Assembly (NCBI GenBank): GCA_963778655.1
Contig: CAVZVA010000003.1
Coordinates: 320,001-384,000, forward strand
Reading direction: 5' to 3'
Source: an uncultured delta proteobacterium
GTDB taxonomy: Bacteria; Myxococcota_A; Polyangia; Polyangiales; JAFGIB01
Length of the DNA: 64,000 bases
Shown here piece by piece: positions 9,660 to 20,156 of this stretch. Position numbers and translations under genes: made by a program. Numbering within the stretch: the first letter of the stretch is position 1; each line of letters starts with the position of its first letter. The notes beneath the pieces were generated by a model. The model did not search any database. It was not told the origin of the DNA and saw only the letters and a list, made by a program, of their open reading frames with translations.

Positions 9660-10574
9660 GTGGCCGGGGCCCTGGGCTGCGGCGGGCCGCGCTTGGTCGG
9701 CAGCGAGTGCGCGAGCGCCGCAGATTGCAGCGGCGACGCGGTTCCGCTCGCCGCGCCTCAGGGCTGCGGCGTTCGCTTCACGCTGGCCAGCGCCCAGGCC
9801 GCGCCCGGTGTGGATCTCGATCGCTGCGAGCTGTTCACCCTCGACGGGCTGCGCAGCGTCGGCAGCAGCGATCGCGTCTACATCACGGCTACCCAGGCGT
9901 TGACGGTGCCGACCGGGCACCATCTCGACGTCCGCATCGCGCCCGAGGTCGAGGGCTTTGCGGACGGTCCGGTCGAGTGCACGCGGCTGTGGGCGCGCGC
10001 GGTGGCGTGGGTGCCGCTGATGGCCACGCAGGGCGAGACCAACACCTGGGACTTTGGCGGCGCGCCGCTGGCCACGGCGCGCGGCTACCGCCTGCTGATC
10101 GACGACCACTTCGCCAACTCGGGCGCGGACCCCGTCGAGCTCCACGTGCAGCTCGACCTGACCTGTGCGAGCGCACGGCCGGCGCGCGTGAGCCAAGCCT
10201 TCGAGTTCAGCAACCGCGAGCCCAAGCTGGTCGCCGCCGGCGCGCACGAGCTGATCTCCGGCAGCTGCGTGTTTCAGAAGGAGCTGCTGGTCTCGAGGCT
10301 GTATCGCTGGACCCATCTCATCACCAGCTACTCGGTATGGCGTCTGGATCAGCAGCAAGCGCTGTGGCGCAGCGGGACCGACTACACGCTCGATCCCCAG
10401 CCGCCGCTGGGCTTCGCGGCCGGCGAGGGCCTGCGCTGGGAGTGCGAATACGACAACGCCGGTGACGCCCCCTTCGAGATTGGCGGCAACTCGTCGGACA
10501 CCTGTTCGCTGCTCGGCCTCTACGAGCTCGCCAGTGGAGAGGAGGACAGCGTACCGGAGCGCTGCACGCTCTGA
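9660..10574 (+). CDS. Lipoprotein, copper type II monooxygenase-like fold
   Basis: ALGC lipobox, GHHL, HFAN, GLRWECEYDN. Confidence 0.5.
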   Translation: MAGALGCGGPRLVGSECASAADCSGDAVPLAAPQGCGVRFTLASAQAAPGVDLDRCELFTLDGLRSVGSSDRVYITATQALTVPTGHHLDVRIAPEVEGFADGPVECTRLWARAVAWVPLMATQGETNTWDFGGAPLATARGYRLLIDDHFANSGADPVELHVQLDLTCASARPARVSQAFEFSNREPKLVAAGAHELISGSCVFQKELLVSRLYRWTHLITSYSVWRLDQQQALWRSGTDYTLDPQPPLGFAAGEGLRWECEYDNAGDAPFEIGGNSSDTCSLLGLYELASGEEDSVPERCTL

Positions 10575-10577
10575 GAC

Positions 10578-12094
10578 TCAGCGCCTGCGGGCGCGGCGGC
10601 GCCTGGCGAAGGCGGCGAGGGCGAGCGCCAGCGCGCAACCGAAGGCCGGAGCGGCTGGCCCGGCGCGCCGGGAGCCGCCGGGCGCGAGCGCGCTGCACGT
10701 GGCACGCCTTGCGGGCGTGGGCTTGGGAGGTGACTGCAGCGCATTGGGCGCGGCCACAGCCGGTGCGACAGCGGGCCGTGGCGCCGCGCTCGGAGCGCCG
10801 CCGTCCGTGGCGGGTCCGGACGAGGCGGTCGCGGGCTCGACTGCGGCCGCGCCCGGCCCGCAGCTCGGCGTGTCGTAGGCCGTGCACAGCGGTGCCTGCG
10901 CGAAATGACCAAAGCCGCAGTACGCCGTGCAGAGCTGTTGCTCGCACTGCGCGGCGACGTCGGTCCCGTCGCACGCGACGAAGCCCCCCACCTCGTTGAG
11001 CTTGACCAGGGCGCTGAAGCTCCCGTCCTGTTGAGAGACCTTGCCGAACCAGAAGTGCTGGCAGGCGTAGAGCGTGTCGGTTGCCTGCTGGTAGGCCAGG
11101 CACTGCACGGGGTAGTCGGCGTTGGCGAGCTTGACCGGCGGCTGGTCCAGGCCGTGCGCCAGCCACAGGCCCTTGGGTGCGCGAGCGTCGGTCATGTCTC
11201 CAATGTCGCCGATGAACAGCCGCTCGCCGGGCGCGAACGCCACGCCGCCGATGTCGCTCACCTGCAGCAGCTCGCTCCACGTCGCGCCTTCGTCGCTGCT
11301 GACGAGCACGCTGTCGTAGGCCGATTGTGGGTCGTCGCCGCTGGCGCGGTGGATGCTGGCGACGAGGCGATCGGGGTTCTCGGGGTCGACCGCCTGGATG
11401 CGGAAGGTGCCGTCCGCGGGTCCGAGCACGTGCTCGCGCCAGCTCTGCCCGCCGTCGTCGGACACGCGCGTCACGTAGTTGGGGCGAGCAATGCCGCCAT
11501 CGTCGGGCGCGATCTGGCCCTCGACCGCGCTCATGTAGAAGCGCAGGCCGTCGCCGCGTGGCGTCACCAGCAGGCGCGTCGCCAGCAGCTCGGCCTTGGT
11601 CCCTTGATCGGACCACGTTCCGGACGCGTCGCGGCGGATCACGCCGTTGTACCTGTGCTCGCCCGGCGGTGAGCCGGTCGAGGTGACCGCGAAAACGACG
11701 TTGGGATCGCGCGGGTCGGGCGCAACGTCCGCGACCCACTCGCCGTCGTAGGCACTGTCGTGGCTCCAGTTGCAGCCGTGCCCGTCGTCGTGCCAGAGCC
11801 CGGCAAACATCCCCATGGAGATCGTGCCGTCGCCGGCGATCGCGACCGGTCCCGAGCGATTCTGCACGGGATCGACCAGCAGCGCGTCGCAAATCAGCTG
11901 CCAGGTCGCGCCTCGATCATGCGTGCGCAGCAGGCCGTCCCCCCGTAGATGTAACGCACGACGATCACGTCGGGATCGGTCGGGTGAAACGCCACCTGTA
12001 CCAGCTGCTCGACCGGACCTGCGTGTCCTGGCGCAGGCCACAAGACGAGCCACGAGGCCGCGAGCGCCCACGGCGCGAAGTCGCTCCAACGCAT
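10578..12094 (-). CDS. Secreted BNR/Asp-box beta-propeller protein with MYXO-CTERM-like tail (one frameshift near 11940)
   Basis: SDDGGQSW and SSDEGATW Asp-boxes; C-terminal Cys-hydrophobic-RRRR. Confidence 0.7.
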
Positions 12095-12270
12095 GCACCA
12101 CCTCCTGCAGCGGGAGTGCGGCGTAGCCGCGCCATTTTTGAACCAAAGCGCAGATCACCGGTACGCGGGCCACCGCAGCTCGCGAGCGCTGCCAGCGCCC
12201 GCCGGAATCGGCCTTTGGACGGGACGCAGGCACGAGCTGCATCCGCTGCTACGTCTGCTAGCGTTGAGCC

Positions 12271-12801
12271 ATGCGCAGCCGCGACGAGCTGGAACGCCTG
12301 TTGCTCGCGCAGCGCCCTGCGCCGCGCGGGCGCGGCCGCGTGGACCTGCTGGTGGTGCGCAGCGAGCCCGGCCTGCACCTCACGCCCGAGCGGGCCGAGC
12401 TCACCCCGGAGCGGGGCATGGTCGGCGACCGCTGGTCGCAAGCCCTGCCTGCCGTGCGCGAGGTCGGCCGCCAGCTCACGCTGATGATGACGCACGTGGC
12501 GGAGCTGGTGTGCGACGGGCAGCCGCTGGATCTACCGGGTGACAACCTGCTCGTGAGCCTCGACCTGGGCGAGCATGCGCTGCCGGTGGGCACCCGCCTG
12601 CGGGCGGGCACGGCGTTGCTGGAAGTCAGCGACAAGCCACACACCGGCTGCAAGAAGTTCGTGGCCCGCTTCGGCGCGGCCGCGATGGAGTGGGTCAACG
12701 ACGAGCCCGGACGCGCGCGCCGCCTGCGCGGCCTCAACTGCCTGGTGATCGAGCCGGGACAGGTGGCCGTCGGCGATCCGATCGCGGTCGCCTCGCGCTG
12801 A
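12271..12801 (+). CDS. MOSC domain protein
   Basis: GDNLLVSLDL, PHTGCKKFVARFG, RLRGLN. Confidence 0.85.
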   Translation: MRSRDELERLLLAQRPAPRGRGRVDLLVVRSEPGLHLTPERAELTPERGMVGDRWSQALPAVREVGRQLTLMMTHVAELVCDGQPLDLPGDNLLVSLDLGEHALPVGTRLRAGTALLEVSDKPHTGCKKFVARFGAAAMEWVNDEPGRARRLRGLNCLVIEPGQVAVGDPIAVASR

Positions 12802-12852
12802 ACGTCGCGCGGGCGCTGGCACGCGCGGCCGGGTTGTGGCTACCTTGCGCGC

Positions 12853-13623
12853 ATGGACGCGCTCTTGACCGCGGGCGATCCCCCGCCCTACCGCATCGAG
12901 AGAGCGGAGGGGCGCTCCGACTTCGTGATCGTGAGCGACCACGCCGGCCGCGTGCTGCCGCGCATGCTGGGCGATCTCGGCATGCGCGCGGACGAGCTGC
13001 TGACGCACGTGGCCTGGGACATCGGCATCGCCGGGGTGGTGCGCGCGCTCTCGCAGCGGCTCGACGCGTTTGCGATTCTGCAGAGCTACTCGCGGCTCGT
13101 GATCGACGCCAACCGGCCGCCCGGCTCGCCGCAGTCGATCCTTACGCTCAGCGAGCGCACGCGCGTGCCCGGCAACGAGGGGCTCACGCCCGCGCAGATC
13201 GAGGCCCGCGCGCGCGAGGTGTTCCACCCTTACCACGACGCCATTCGGCGCGAGCTCGAGCGGCGTGCGCAGGCCGGTGCCCCGGCGGTGCTACTGGCGC
13301 TGCACAGCTTCACCCCGCGCTTCATGGACGCCGAGCGCCCGTGGCAGGCGGGCGTGCTGTACAACCGCGACCCGCGGCTCGGGCGCGCGCTGCTCGGGCT
13401 GCTGCGCGGCGAGGGTCTGGTGGTCGGCGACAACGAGCCCTACGCGCTCGGCGACGCCACCGACTACACCATCGTCACCCACGGCGAACGCCGCGGCTTG
13501 ATCCACGTGGAGCTCGAGATCCGCCAGGACCTGATCGCCGAGGCCGCGTCGCAGCACGGCCTGGGCGGAGCGCCTGGCGCGCTTGTTTCCGCGCGCGTAC
13601 GCGGAGGCGTTGCACCAGCCTGA
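12853..13623 (+). CDS. N-formylglutamate amidohydrolase
   Basis: SDHAG, HVAWDIG, YSRLVIDANR, LHSFTP, LEIRQDLI. Confidence 0.9.
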   Translation: MDALLTAGDPPPYRIERAEGRSDFVIVSDHAGRVLPRMLGDLGMRADELLTHVAWDIGIAGVVRALSQRLDAFAILQSYSRLVIDANRPPGSPQSILTLSERTRVPGNEGLTPAQIEARAREVFHPYHDAIRRELERRAQAGAPAVLLALHSFTPRFMDAERPWQAGVLYNRDPRLGRALLGLLRGEGLVVGDNEPYALGDATDYTIVTHGERRGLIHVELEIRQDLIAEAASQHGLGGAPGALVSARVRGGVAPA

Positions 13624-13738
13624 GCCCACGGGCTGAACACGGCTTCCAGCGCGCGACTGGTGGCCGCGGCGCGGCGTGGAGGCCGCGGCGGGCTCAGCAC
13701 AGGCTCAGCGCGCCGTCTCGTTCATCCGCGAGCTCTGC

Positions 13739-14512
13739 TCAGCGAAGGCTGAGCTTGACGTCCTTGAGGCCCTGCACGTCCGGGAACGTGAGCTGAATGG
13801 GTTGGCCTGACTTGGCGAAGGGGTATCTGTAGACATAGGCCGGGATTTGCTCCGCAACCTCGATCACGACTTCGTAGTTACCGTCGGCCACCTCCACGCC
13901 GTTGGCATCCTCGACGAGGTTCCACGTCTCGCCCGTGTGGGATCCGGGGGTGCTACGCGTGGCCGAGGTGATCACATCTGGCGGAGCTTGAACGGTGCCG
14001 AGCACGGCGATCGCAGGCTGGCCGGCGTAGGCGTACAGAGGTCCCCCGGCCATCGTATAGTCCTCGAGGGCAACCGATTCCCCAGCCGTGATCCAGAGCT
14101 CCAAGGTGTGAACCCACCTGCCCTGCGCGTCCGCCACCCAGGCCACGCCGCCGTTGCGAGGAGAGTACTTCCCGAGCCGATTCTCGGTGGTGAAGTCGAG
14201 TGTGAGCTGGGTGGCCCGGCCGCCTGCGCCCGGCGCGGCCGAGCCGGCGGTGCCGGGCGGGCCGGCCGGTGTCCCGGCGCCGGCCGCGCCCGGCTGATCG
14301 GCGCCTCCCGGCGTCGCACCGGGCGTCGCGCTCGCCGCAGAAGTGCCGTCCGCCGGGCTCATCGCCATCGTGCCGGCGCCCGCGGCGCTCGTGTCACCTG
14401 CGCCGTCGAGGTGGCTCTTGCTGCAGCCGGCCAGCGCCAGCGCAAGAGCCACGAGAATCAGCCCGCGTGAGGCCCCGCCCGACCAGGCCATCGACTTCCG
14501 CGTTGCTCGCAT
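13739..14512 (-). CDS. Lipoprotein, DUF2271-like C-terminal domain
   Basis: LAGC lipobox, low-complexity linker, KYSPRN...AWVADAQG, DVITSAT, VADGNY. Confidence 0.65.
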   Translation of the reverse strand: MRATRKSMAWSGGASRGLILVALALALAGCSKSHLDGAGDTSAAGAGTMAMSPADGTSAASATPGATPGGADQPGAAGAGTPAGPPGTAGSAAPGAGGRATQLTLDFTTENRLGKYSPRNGGVAWVADAQGRWVHTLELWITAGESVALEDYTMAGGPLYAYAGQPAIAVLGTVQAPPDVITSATRSTPGSHTGETWNLVEDANGVEVADGNYEVVIEVAEQIPAYVYRYPFAKSGQPIQLTFPDVQGLKDVKLSLR

Positions 14513-14522
14513 ACCGCCCTGA

Positions 14523-14585
14523 GCGGATAGTCGGAATGAAGAGCCGATTGGAGCGCGGTGCAGTTGCAGGCCAGTTGACATATTG
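14523..14585. repeat. 63-bp dispersed repeat, copy B
   Basis: 60/63 identical to 2987-3049; abuts the ISL3 end. Confidence 0.9.
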
Positions 14586-16025
14586 GGCTCTCCTAACGCG
14601 TGAGTGGGTGTGAATTCGGCAGGACGCGCACGGGCGCGAGCGGGGTATCGAGAGAAAGGAAGAGATGCGATGAGGCTCTGTGTGCCGAGTGTAAGCCGTA
14701 GGAACGGACGCGTGATGACGCGCACCTTGCCGTTGAGTCCCTTCGGAGCGAGCGTTGGACAGGCCGGTGTTGAGGTGCGCCAGGATGCCGTAGAGGTGCT
14801 TGCGAATCGTGCGTGCAACGCGGACGAAGGGCGCAAGCTTGGAGCGCGCGGCCCAGGAGAGCCAACCATGGAGTTGGTCGCGGGCGACGAAGTACTCGCG
14901 TCGGCCGAGGATCCCGGCGAGCGACTGAGTCAGCAAGTACGCACGGTAGAGCGGACGGTTGGTGTGCTGCACGAGGGCGAGCTTGCGGCGCTCGATGCTC
15001 GACAGCTTCTCGGGGTTCTTCTGGAGCACGAAGCGTGTGCGTCTAAAGGGCTCGACGCAGCTCTGTCGGCGCTCATGGTGCTCGGCGACCAGCGCGCGGC
15101 GTACTTGGTCGAGCGCGTCGTGCGCGAGGCGCTGAACGTGGAATCGATTCGAAGACGATTGAACGGCCTGCGGTGCATGCGCCTTGACCGCTTGGATGTA
15201 CGCCTGCGACATGTCCAGCGTCACGATGCGCAGCTCGGCGCAGCGCTCGGGCCCAAGCTCCGAGAAGAATGCGCCGAGCGCTTGCGCGTTCTTGCCCTCG
15301 CGGGCCCAGACGACCTTGCCGGTCTCGTGGTCGGTCACGATCGTCACGTACTTGTGGTGTTTGCGATAGCTCAGCTCGTCGATGCCGATGACGCGCAACC
15401 CGTCCAACCGCTCGTCTGGTCTAAGCAGCCTACCGACGACGCGCTCGACGATGCTGCCGACGGTGGACCAGGCGATCCGCATCAGTCCGGAAACAGCCGT
15501 CTTGTCCATACGCTGCGCGAGGTAGGCGGCTTGGTCTTCGAAGGGCCGCGTGAACATCGAGCCCGGTTCGGCCCACGGCAAAAGCTCCGTCCGTACACCA
15601 CAGCGCGCGCAATCGCAGGCGCCGCAAGTCGTAGCGCAGATGCACTTGCATGCCGCCGAGGTCCAAGTGCCGCCAGAGCCGAGCGCGCCGGTGGTCGTAC
15701 AGCTTTCGAACGCGGCAGCCGCACCCCGAGCAGCGCGCCAGTCGCGTGGTGGGCGCGACATCGACCACGAGCCCGTCGCCTTCGAATTCGAAGCCTCGCA
15801 CTCGTACGTGCTTCATTCCAAGAACGTTCGACAGTACCTTCGTCAGTTGCATGGCGGGTTCCGCGCCCTCCGTTGGTCTCTCCTCCCGAAGGTACCCCGG
15901 GCCTCGCCATGCGCCTGAAATCCGGCCCCGCCGACGGGCTCGTGCCCCTCGCAGCCCCCTGCTTTTCAAGCCACTTCCCGCGCCCCACTCACGCAACGCG
16001 CGCCCACTCATGCGTCAGGAGAGCC
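14586..16025 (-). mobile_element. ISL3-family insertion sequence; transposase (ATG 15852) frameshifted
   Basis: IRs GGCTCTCCTAACGCGTGAGTGGG / CCCACTCATGCGTCAGGAGAGCC; CSGCG zinc finger, IGIDELSYRKHHKY, LDMSQAY, RFHV, SNARSEG. Confidence 0.92.
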
Positions 16026-16145
16026 AGAAATTTGTTCGCCCCACATCGGGTTGGCCAGTCACGGACCAGCCCATATGGGTCATGGTGAGGACTACGTCAC
16101 CACCCATTCAGGCATGTCTTGCCTGAAGCGGCGGACTGTCGGGAC

Positions 16146-16225
16146 CAGTAGGAGCGGACCAGCAGCAGGAGCCGACCAGGACGGTCCTGCGTAGTTACAT
16201 CAGCAGGAGCGGACCGGGACGGTCC
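16146..16225 (+). repeat. Short direct repeats (CAGCAGGAGCSGACCRGGACGGTCC x2 plus one partial)
   Basis: Copies at 16163-16187 and 16201-16225; partial copy at 16146-16160. Confidence 0.7.
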
Positions 16226-16560
16226 GAAAGCGCCGGTGAAAGCCGGCAAGGTGTAGGGGATGCAAGAGCCCTACGAGGAGGAAGCAGCGAACCAACTCGA
16301 CCCCGAGTCATGCCTCGACCTTCCGCAAGGGGGGTGGGGAAGCGTTGACAGGGGAACGTGCAGGCCGGCCATTGAGCCGCGAAAGACAACTTCGGGGTGC
16401 CGACGCAGTAAGGAGATGCGGAAGGCCACACCCGGTGCGTCGATACCGCGAGACGCCCCGGGACCCCGCGCGGTCAGAGACCCCGCGCATGCACGCAAGC
16501 AGCCTGTACGGAACCCGGGAGACGTCGCGGTTGTCTGCGTAGGAGCAGGGCGCCTAGTCA
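16222..16560 (+). ncRNA. 5' fragment of a second group II intron (class E-like); no ORF and no 3' domains
   Basis: GCGCCGGTGAAAGCCGG...CCCCGAGTCATGC...GAAGCGTTGACAGGGG...GGCCATTGAGCCGCGAAA, recognised as conserved intron 5' RNA motifs. Confidence 0.7.
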
Positions 16561-16770
16561 GCATGAAGAGGGTGTCTTGCCCGCTCGGGAAGTGAACGAA
16601 AAATTCCTTGAACAAAGCCGCTACGCGGCAGGCGTCGAAGCGCCCCAGAGGCCGCAGCCGGACGCAGAACTGGCGGCGCGCGTGCCGGCTCGATCGATCG
16701 AGGGCCCGTCGGCCATCTTGGCCAGAGCAGCATCCGAATCTCCGGATGCTCCCAAGCCAGGAGAAAGTCG

Positions 16771-16890
16771 ATGGGCAAGCACCGAGACAAGATGGAGCAG
16801 GACCTTGTGCTGCGTGGGTTTGCGAGGGCGACGCGCGAAGGCTACTTGCGCTGTGCCCGCGCTTTCGTCGCGCACTTTGGGCGTAGATAG
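16771..16890 (+). pseudogene. N-terminal fragment of a tyrosine recombinase (Phage_int_SAM_4 type, often IS91-associated)
   Basis: My translation: MGKHRDKMEQDLVLRGFARATREGYLRCARAFVAHFGRR*; RBS AGGAGA. Confidence 0.65.
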
Positions 16891-17254
16891 CTCTCGGTTG
16901 GATGCAAGTTGCCGCTTGACGGATTGCAGCGCAGCGACCAGCGCGCGGCAGCCGTGCTGCTTCCAGGCGGAGAGCGCGAGCGAGTCGAACAAGAGCTGTG
17001 CGACCGTTGCCACTCCGAGCGGCGGACAGGGGACGCGCGCCGGCGCGTCTAGCTCGTCGAAGGCCGGGCCGCTCTCGTCGGGCGCTTCGGGCAGCGTGAC
17101 GAGCGGTGCGCCCGCGTATCTGCGGAACGGATTCGGCTGGTTCGCCCAGTCGAGATGGCCGAGCGAGCGCGCATAGCGGCTCGGGTGGCGCTTGGTGCGC
17201 GCGTGGTACGAAACCACGCGGCGCGCCGGGTCGGGGATCGGTTAGCTCGGGCAT
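16887..17254 (-). pseudogene. SagB/ThcOx-family nitroreductase, 3'-truncated
   Basis: YHARTK...LDWANQPNPFRRY, SLALSAWK, and in a shifted frame RCNPSSGNLHPTE. Confidence 0.75.
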
Positions 17255-17440
17255 GGCGGTCACGATTTTGCCCGTGGGGGCGGTCGATGCCCAATCAACC
17301 GTGCCCGATGGTTGGACGTCGGGCAAGCGCGGTCCCGGGGCCGCGCGATGCGCGATTGGAAGGTCGGGGCACCGGACGTATTGCTTCCAGCGCTGACGCG
17401 CCGGCGGACGTGAGTACGTACCTAAACACGCCTCCCTCTG

Positions 17441-19141
17441 TGCCAACGTGGCGTGAGACAGCTCCCTCTGGATATCTCTGTACTGCTGGGCGGAGAATGG
17501 TACCCCGAACGTGCCCAAGCCATCCCCAGATTCTGGTCTCTCCGAAGTTGATAAACAGGCGCAGCGAAAGGCTGGTGAGAACGGTGCGTGGCTGGAGAGC
17601 GTCCCGCGGAGGAAGCGCCGGCGGTACGCAATTCCTCGGAGAAGCTGCGTCTGCTGAAGGCTGCCGAGGCCGCGGTCGCGAGCGGCAAGCGCGGCGACCT
17701 GGAAGCTCTGCTTCGCCGGGAGGGCATCTACAGCTCCCTCCTGTCGTCGTGGCGCACGCAGCTTGGCGCGCACGGTGCGGCGGGCCTCGCGGCGAAGAAG
17801 CCCGGTCGCAAGCCGCGGCTCACCGTGGCCGAGAAGCGCAACGTGGAGCTCACGAAGCGCAACGCGGAGCTCGAGCGAAAGCTCCATATCGCCAACGTGC
17901 TCATCGCCCTCCAAAAAAAAGCGCACGAGGTCCTGGGGATTGCGCTCCCCGAGAGCGACGGAGATTCCTGATGGACCTCGTGGAAGATCTCGCCGAGCCC
18001 GGAGTCTCGGTGGTCGCCGCGTGCACCGCGCTCGGTGTGAGTCGGGCGACTCTCTACCGGGCGACCACGCCCCCCACGGTTCCGGCGGTGCGGGAGCGTG
18101 CGCCCAGCCCTCGACGTCTTGAGCGACGACGAGCGGCAGGCCATCGTCGATGTCATGCACACGCCGGAATTCGTGGACCAGCCGCCGATGGAGGTGTTCG
18201 CGACGCTGCTCAGCCGTGGCGTGTACCTCGCGTCGATCCGCACCCTCTACCGAGTACTGGCCGAGCTCGGGGAGTCGAAGGAGCGGAGAAACCAGCGGCT
18301 TCCGCATCCGTACGTGAAGCCCTCGCTCACGGCGACGGGGCCCAACCACGTGTGGACGTGGGACATCACCAAGCTCGCCACGATGGAGCGCGGCGTCTTC
18401 CTGCATGCGTACGTGATCATCGACCTGTTCAGTCGCTACGTCGTCGGCTGGATGGTGGCCGCGAAGGAATGCAAGCACCTCGCCGCACAGCTGTTCGCCG
18501 AGGCCGTCGCACGGCACGGCGTCGAGCCGGGGCTCACCGTGCACTCCGACCGCGGCGCCGCGATGAAGAGCGACACGCTCGCCCAGCTTCTCGCAACACT
18601 CGGCGCCAGCCAGAGTTTCAGCCGCCCGCACGTCTCCGACGACAACGCCTTCAGCGAGGCGCAGTTCAAGACTCTCAAGTACCAGCCAGACTACCCCGGC
18701 CTGTTCACGGGCGTGCTGCATGCCCGCGGCTGGCTCGAACCGTTCTTCGCGTGGCACAACGACGACCATCACCACTCCGGGCTCGCGCTCTTCACGCCGG
18801 CAGAGGTGTTCTTCGGGCGCGTCGCCGCCGTGCACCGCGTGCGTCAGGACACGCTCGACGCCCAGTACGCGCTGCACCCGGGCGCTTTCCGAACGGCCCG
18901 CCCAAGGCCGCGCTGCCGCCTACAGAGGTGCATATCAACCCGCTGGTCGCCGACGCCATCAGCGTCCTGTCAGAAGCCGCGATCAACGCGCCCTCGATGA
19001 CCGCCAAGCACGACGCCGTGCGTGATGCCAGCCCGCCTAGCGCTGCGCGCGCCAAGCGCGTCGTCCCGCTAGGCAGCTCGCCACTCATGGCGCCGATCGC
19101 TACATAGAATTCTCATGACCACTGTCTCAAACGCGTTGACA
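17441..19141 (+). mobile_element. IS3-family insertion sequence (orfA ~17588-17971; orfB 17971-19107, frameshifted)
   Basis: Imperfect IRs TGCCAACGTGGCGTGAGACAG / CTGTCTCAAACGCGTTGACA; WTWDITKL, HSDRG, DNAFSEAQFKTLK (DDE). Confidence 0.9.
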
Positions 19142-19423
19142 TGTTCCGCCTTGCCAACCGTCAGGAGGCCATTCATGGCTACGCTCGCGCCAATGTCGCC
19201 ACCGGCGAAGTTGGGGCCCGCTATCACCGAGATCACCGAGCACCACGGGCCCGTCGGTGGACGATCGCGCAGACCCATCCACGCCGGCCCAGAGTACCGA
19301 CTGGTGCCCGGGCTGCACTCCCGCCGGTGTTAGGACGAGGCCGCAGGGATCTCTCTCCTCTAGTTCTTCTTCGGCCGGCATCGAGCCGTCCGCGACCGAT
19401 CGCAACGGTAATCAAGCGCGCTC

Positions 19424-19954
19424 TTACGTCGCGCGCCAGCGCGGCGAACTCACCGACGCGAGCAACAGTCGACCGAGCGTGAGACCGAGGGTGGCCGCGC
19501 CCCCGCTCGCGGCAAGCACGCCTCGCATGTGCTTACGGAGACGGACAGCAGTAGGGATGGCTAAGGAGCTGACCGGGAGTTCCCAGGTGGATGCAATTCG
19601 GGTCTGCTGGCTGTGCGGTCCCCGTACACACGAGTCCGTACTGCGTTGCTGCACACGCATTCGCGCAGATTGCACCGCCGTCGGATGGCACTGTCCGCTT
19701 TGGATCGTTTCCGGGCGGCAGCCAATGCCAGAATCCACGTCGAAGGTATCCGTACTTGCGGACGTTTCTCGTGAAGATCCGTCAACGACTCCGCCATCCG
19801 TTGACCCCTGCGCCTGCCTAGAAGCTCCATCAAGCGTTCCGCCATCGACAGACCCCTGCGCCTGACTTGCTGGGCGCGCATGGCTTGCGGGCGTCGCGGA
19901 CGACGAGCATTGGACCAACACGAATGCGACGCAGAGGATCAGTACGATCCGCAT
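19424..19954 (-). CDS. Hypothetical secreted protein or lipoprotein
   Basis: Signal peptide MRIVLILCVAFVLVQC, RBS GGAGG, internal QAQGSxDGG duplication. Confidence 0.5.
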   Translation of the reverse strand: MRIVLILCVAFVLVQCSSSATPASHARPASQAQGSVDGGTLDGASRQAQGSTDGGVVDGSSRETSASTDTFDVDSGIGCRPETIQSGQCHPTAVQSARMRVQQRSTDSCVRGPHSQQTRIASTWELPVSSLAIPTAVRLRKHMRGVLAASGGAATLGLTLGRLLLASVSSPRWRAT

Positions 19955-20156
19955 TAGGACCTCCAACGCAGGTTCATGCTAACACCCTTCGTGCCACGGT
20001 GCGATTTCCGCGCGGACGATCGCAATATCGGGACCTTGTGCGAGAACCAGTTCACTGGCGCTAAAAGCTGAGCTGATAAACGCCGTATCCGAGCACAGCG
20101 CCGAAGCCACAAACGGTCCCCGTGTACTCTCCTGTCCCCCAGCAGTTAGTCGGTTC

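Noticed and set aside
16887..17254. SagB-like gene as the modifier of the RiPP precursor at 2758
   Set aside because: Truncated, 14 kb away, no YcaO partner; the leader points to LanM-type chemistry.
16271..18877. 868-aa minus-strand ORF
   Set aside because: Spans the antisense of IS3 and unrelated fragments; no coherent domain.
20111..20140. CGGTCCCC/CTGTCCCC motifs as REPs of the adjacent element
   Set aside because: Present only at copy 1 and outside the shared boundary; evidence too thin.
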